The notes beneath the pieces were generated by a model that had not been told where the DNA came from, ran no database searches, and saw nothing but the letters and a program-made list of their open reading frames with translations. A DNA stretch of 64,000 nt from Catajapyx aquilonaris (taxonomy: Eukaryota). The stretch spans positions 1-64,000 of the forward strand of contig JYFJ02001535.1 in the NCBI GenBank assembly GCA_000934665.2, written 5' to 3'. Position numbers and translations under genes: made by a program. Positions 60,801-64,000 of this stretch are shown here, piece by piece; within the stretch, counting starts at the first letter, position 1; each line of letters begins with the position of its first letter.

Positions 60801-63800
60801 TGCATCTGGGTGGGCTTTGTACTCCTTCTCATGGGAATAGAAATAATGAAGTGAGAGGTGATGTACCAGGAATTGAATCAGAATGCAACCCTCCTTCATG
60901 TATTCACTGCGCATGGTAATACTGTTTCGGCGACGCTAACACAATGCTCTTATCATGTCATATCCTTGCAGATCGCTTGCGTCACCGTCCGGATCGCATG
61001 ATGGGCCTGGACGTGAGCAGCATGATGGCTCCAGGGTTCATTCCCTTGCCGGATGCTGCCCCCCTTCCTGTTCTTCCTGCAGTCTCCCTGGCTCCCCCAC
61101 CTACAGCAGGAGGTGCTGGCGACAATCACCACCAAGTCGATGTTTCCAGTGCTGCCGCTGCAGCCTCAGTACTGGCAGCTGCAGCAGTGGCAGCGGCTGG
61201 AGTCGACAGGAACCAGGGACAGATGCCCCCTGCTGGGATACCTCTTGTTCCACCTCACTTTGGACTTCCACGTGAGTTTTTGCAGTGCAAGTACTCTATA
61301 AATCCTATAAGCTGAACTATGACTCCTACTGCAGTAAAATGCACCAAAGGGCTAGAAAATAATTTAAGATCAACTCCAGGACCATTTTCAGTTATTAGGA
61401 GCATGTGAAATTGATTGTGTTGTTTGTTTTGTCAGCACCTCTGGGGCTGCCCCTTCTCGGTGTTCCTCCACCACCGGTTTCGGGACTGCTTGTCCCTCCT
61501 CCTGGAGGAACCCTGCTGAGCCAGGCTCTCATGGGTGGAGTGCCACCTCCTGTAAGCTCAGCATTTGCTGCAGGTGAGTTTTCAAGCAGGGAAAGGCCCC
61601 ACCTATGTAGCAGATGTTTTTTAACATCAACTCTTGATTGTAACTGGCCGTTTATTATTTAACAGGTGCTATGACTCTTTCTGGAGGAATGCTCACGCAG
61701 GATAAGCTTGGACATGGAGCACACCTGATGCCGCCTCCATTTGCCATCCCACTCAGGCTCCCTGGTAAGTATATGACCTGCTTTCGTAAACAGCAGAAGC
61801 AGCAACCTGAGTAGGTATGCGGTGTAAGCACCCTGAATTGAACATGCTGAGATGAAAATGCCAAGCTTAACAGAAAAATTGGTTTCTTTTACCAACATGG
61901 AGAAGGAACCTCATGGCTGAAGAGGGTTTTCATAATCAGATAACGCATAAATAAGAGAGAGAAGCTAACATGTGAGGCTTGTGTATTGCACGAGTGAAAA
62001 GTGTAGCTAGCAGGAAAACCCTCAGCAGTTGAGGAAAGCCAAGAATTGTGAGTTGGAGCTATTTCATGGCAGTATGTTCAAGTGAAGCTTAATATTGCAG
62101 TGTACCAAGAAGGGACGGTCCTGGAAATGGACACAGTTAGTCCTTTGTTGTGGAAAGGCATCAAGGAGAGTAGGTTACGTGGTGTGTAGTCAGGGTGGAG
62201 CAGGTGCAAATGTAGAGCTGCTTGACAGATGGGAATCTGGACCCGAATTTTATCTTTGTTGCAGGAAATGGCCCCATGAATGAGTTGTCACATGACAGCG
62301 ACGAAATGGACATAGAAATGGAGGATGCAGACAAGTCGGGCGAGTCCCAGGATGACAGGTGATGATGATGTTGGTTAAGCCGGATATGTGTCATGCCTCT
62401 TTCACTATGTATGCAAGGCATGACTGGGAAATTACACCACCCATGAGATTTTGAGATGATGCATCAATTTGTGTCACTTGCATTTTAAATGATATGATTG
62501 TTTAAGTTCATAGTAGGTGTACTCAAATAAGAACATTGTGCAATTACTGACTGTAATTAAAGCATCCTGTGGTCTCACTAACTTATTTGCTGTAATTGCA
62601 CAACCATGCGCCTTATTAAACACCACCTCTGTTGGATTAAAAGTAATGCATGGCAGAACTCGCTTCAGGAAAAGATACAAATCGTTTTTTCTTTTTACCA
62701 TGTGCCTACTGTGTCAGAGTTACGGCGACCTGACCATAAAGGCCCCACGCCAATGTATCTCATCATCCACAATGTGCCTACTGTTATTATTTGATTTGAT
62801 GTGTTAATGTTCCATGTTTTTGTAGCTTGCTTATATTGCGATTTCCAATGGATTCTGTCTTTTCAGACGCAAAGAGGATCGAGCATCATTTTCACGTGGC
62901 TCCAATGGTCCATTGGGTTTTGACAGCAGGGATGCAGAGAAGAAGAGGGAGAGGGATTGGGAAGGAGAGTGGGATGGAGGAAGGGGAAGTAGTAGGAGTA
63001 GGGAGCGTGGAGGTGGGAGGGCATGGAGCAGAGGTGCGGGAGGTAGGGACTACCGGGAAGGGGACAGAGGGAGGAGGGAGTCTGGGGGAGGGAGCGGGGA
63101 CAGAGACTGGGAGAGGGGAGAACGAGGGGCGGACAGAGGGGAAAGAGACGGGAGGGATGGAGGCAGCGAGAAGCCTGGGTTGCTGGAGAGGCTGAGGAAT
63201 CTTGCCAATGAGAGCATTTACATGAGCAAGGAAGACATGATCAGGTAAGTCATATGCTTCGACTTGTTGTGTTTTAATGCACTGTTGTGTGTGTGACTGA
63301 ATGTGTGTGACAGTAGGCCCTAGTGTTGGAAGTGCATGAATGCTGAAGAAGGCCCATATTTTTCAGGGAGAGCAGGCCATCAAGGCATAGCAGCGAATCA
63401 ATGGGAGATGCTCCTCATGCCAAGGAAGTCATGGACCGCAGGGTGTCGGATGATGTGGAACACAGGGGTGGCCCAGATGTGGATCACAGGGGTGGTCCAG
63501 ATGTGGATGGAGGCCGGTTCCCTCATAGAGGACCTCCAGGGAGTGGTGGCGGTGGACCTCCAAGCAGAATGTTTGGCCCCAGAGGTGCTCCACCTCCAGA
63601 TGAGTTTGGGATAATTCCTGATGACTTTGGACCACCAGTGCCCAGGGGTGGACATCCAGACGATGACTTCCCACTGATGGATGAGTTTGGCCCACCAGAC
63701 TTTTTTGGTGGGCCACCTCGGGGGCACTTGGAGTTTGGGCCTCGAGGACCCATGGATTTGGGGCCAGATATGTTTGGACCTCCTCCGTTGCATGCCAGAG

Positions 63801-63932
63801 GTGGTGGAATGATGGGTGGGAGGACTGGTAGAGGTCGAGGCTTTGGACCCCGAGGTGCAGGAGGAGGAGGGGGAATGCGAGGGATACCACCTGGGCCCAT
63901 GGGACCAGTTGACGTGCCAGGGGAGTTCAATG
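54830..63932 (+). CDS. SR-related CTD-associated factor (SCAF4/SCAF8-like), probably 3'-incomplete
   Basis: Exons 54830-54859, 54924-55052, 55725-55886, 55948-56142, 56977-57195, 57391-57723, (58486-58539), 59050-59300, 59738-60284, 60434-60605, 60972-61271, 61436-61573, 61666-61764, 62265-62358, 62867-63244, 63367-63932. CID domain (MDAVKSFNSELSSLYEVKPPISKAKM...YVIDSIVRQSR), RS tract, RRM (STTLWVGHLSK...LAWAPGKG). The window ends in an acceptor-like TTTTGATTTGC. Confidence 0.88.
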
Positions 63933-64000
63933 GTTAGTGATACTCCAATCAACTGTTAAATTGTTAACATGACATGAACAGAAAATCAATTTTGATTTGC

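Overview
Eukaryotic window, most likely from an arthropod (GT-AG introns, dalao/BAP111-type N-terminus, EcKL family); the species cannot be determined from the sequence. Left to right it holds the 3' end of RWDD1 (+) and a tandem array of seven intact ecdysteroid-kinase-like (EcKL) genes plus one pseudogene (+, 2.4-27.5 kb). The first EcKL gene carries two divergent tRNA-Glu(CTC) genes in its intron. Next come a 19-coding-exon KIF20-like kinesin-6 of about 1659 aa (-), an XK-related scramblase (+), BAP111/SMARCE1 (-) and a SCAF4/8-like CTD-binding gene (+) that probably runs off the right end. Many non-autonomous transposons are present (pogo-, mariner-, piggyBac-, hAT-, Sola-like MITEs, a HINE, a Helitron end, a tRNA-SINE), several of them nested. 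Best leads: (1) two duplicated 76-nt mutually exclusive exons that swap the C-terminal helix of the BAP111 HMG box; (2) the diversifying EcKL array, with HGD>HTD/HAD catalytic-loop changes and a conserved acceptor 22 nt before the ATG; (3) a MITE plus a satellite made of donor-like motifs at the predicted 5'UTR donor of one EcKL; (4) a piggyBac-like MITE whose core is inverted between its two copies. Exon models were derived by hand, and no database searches were run.
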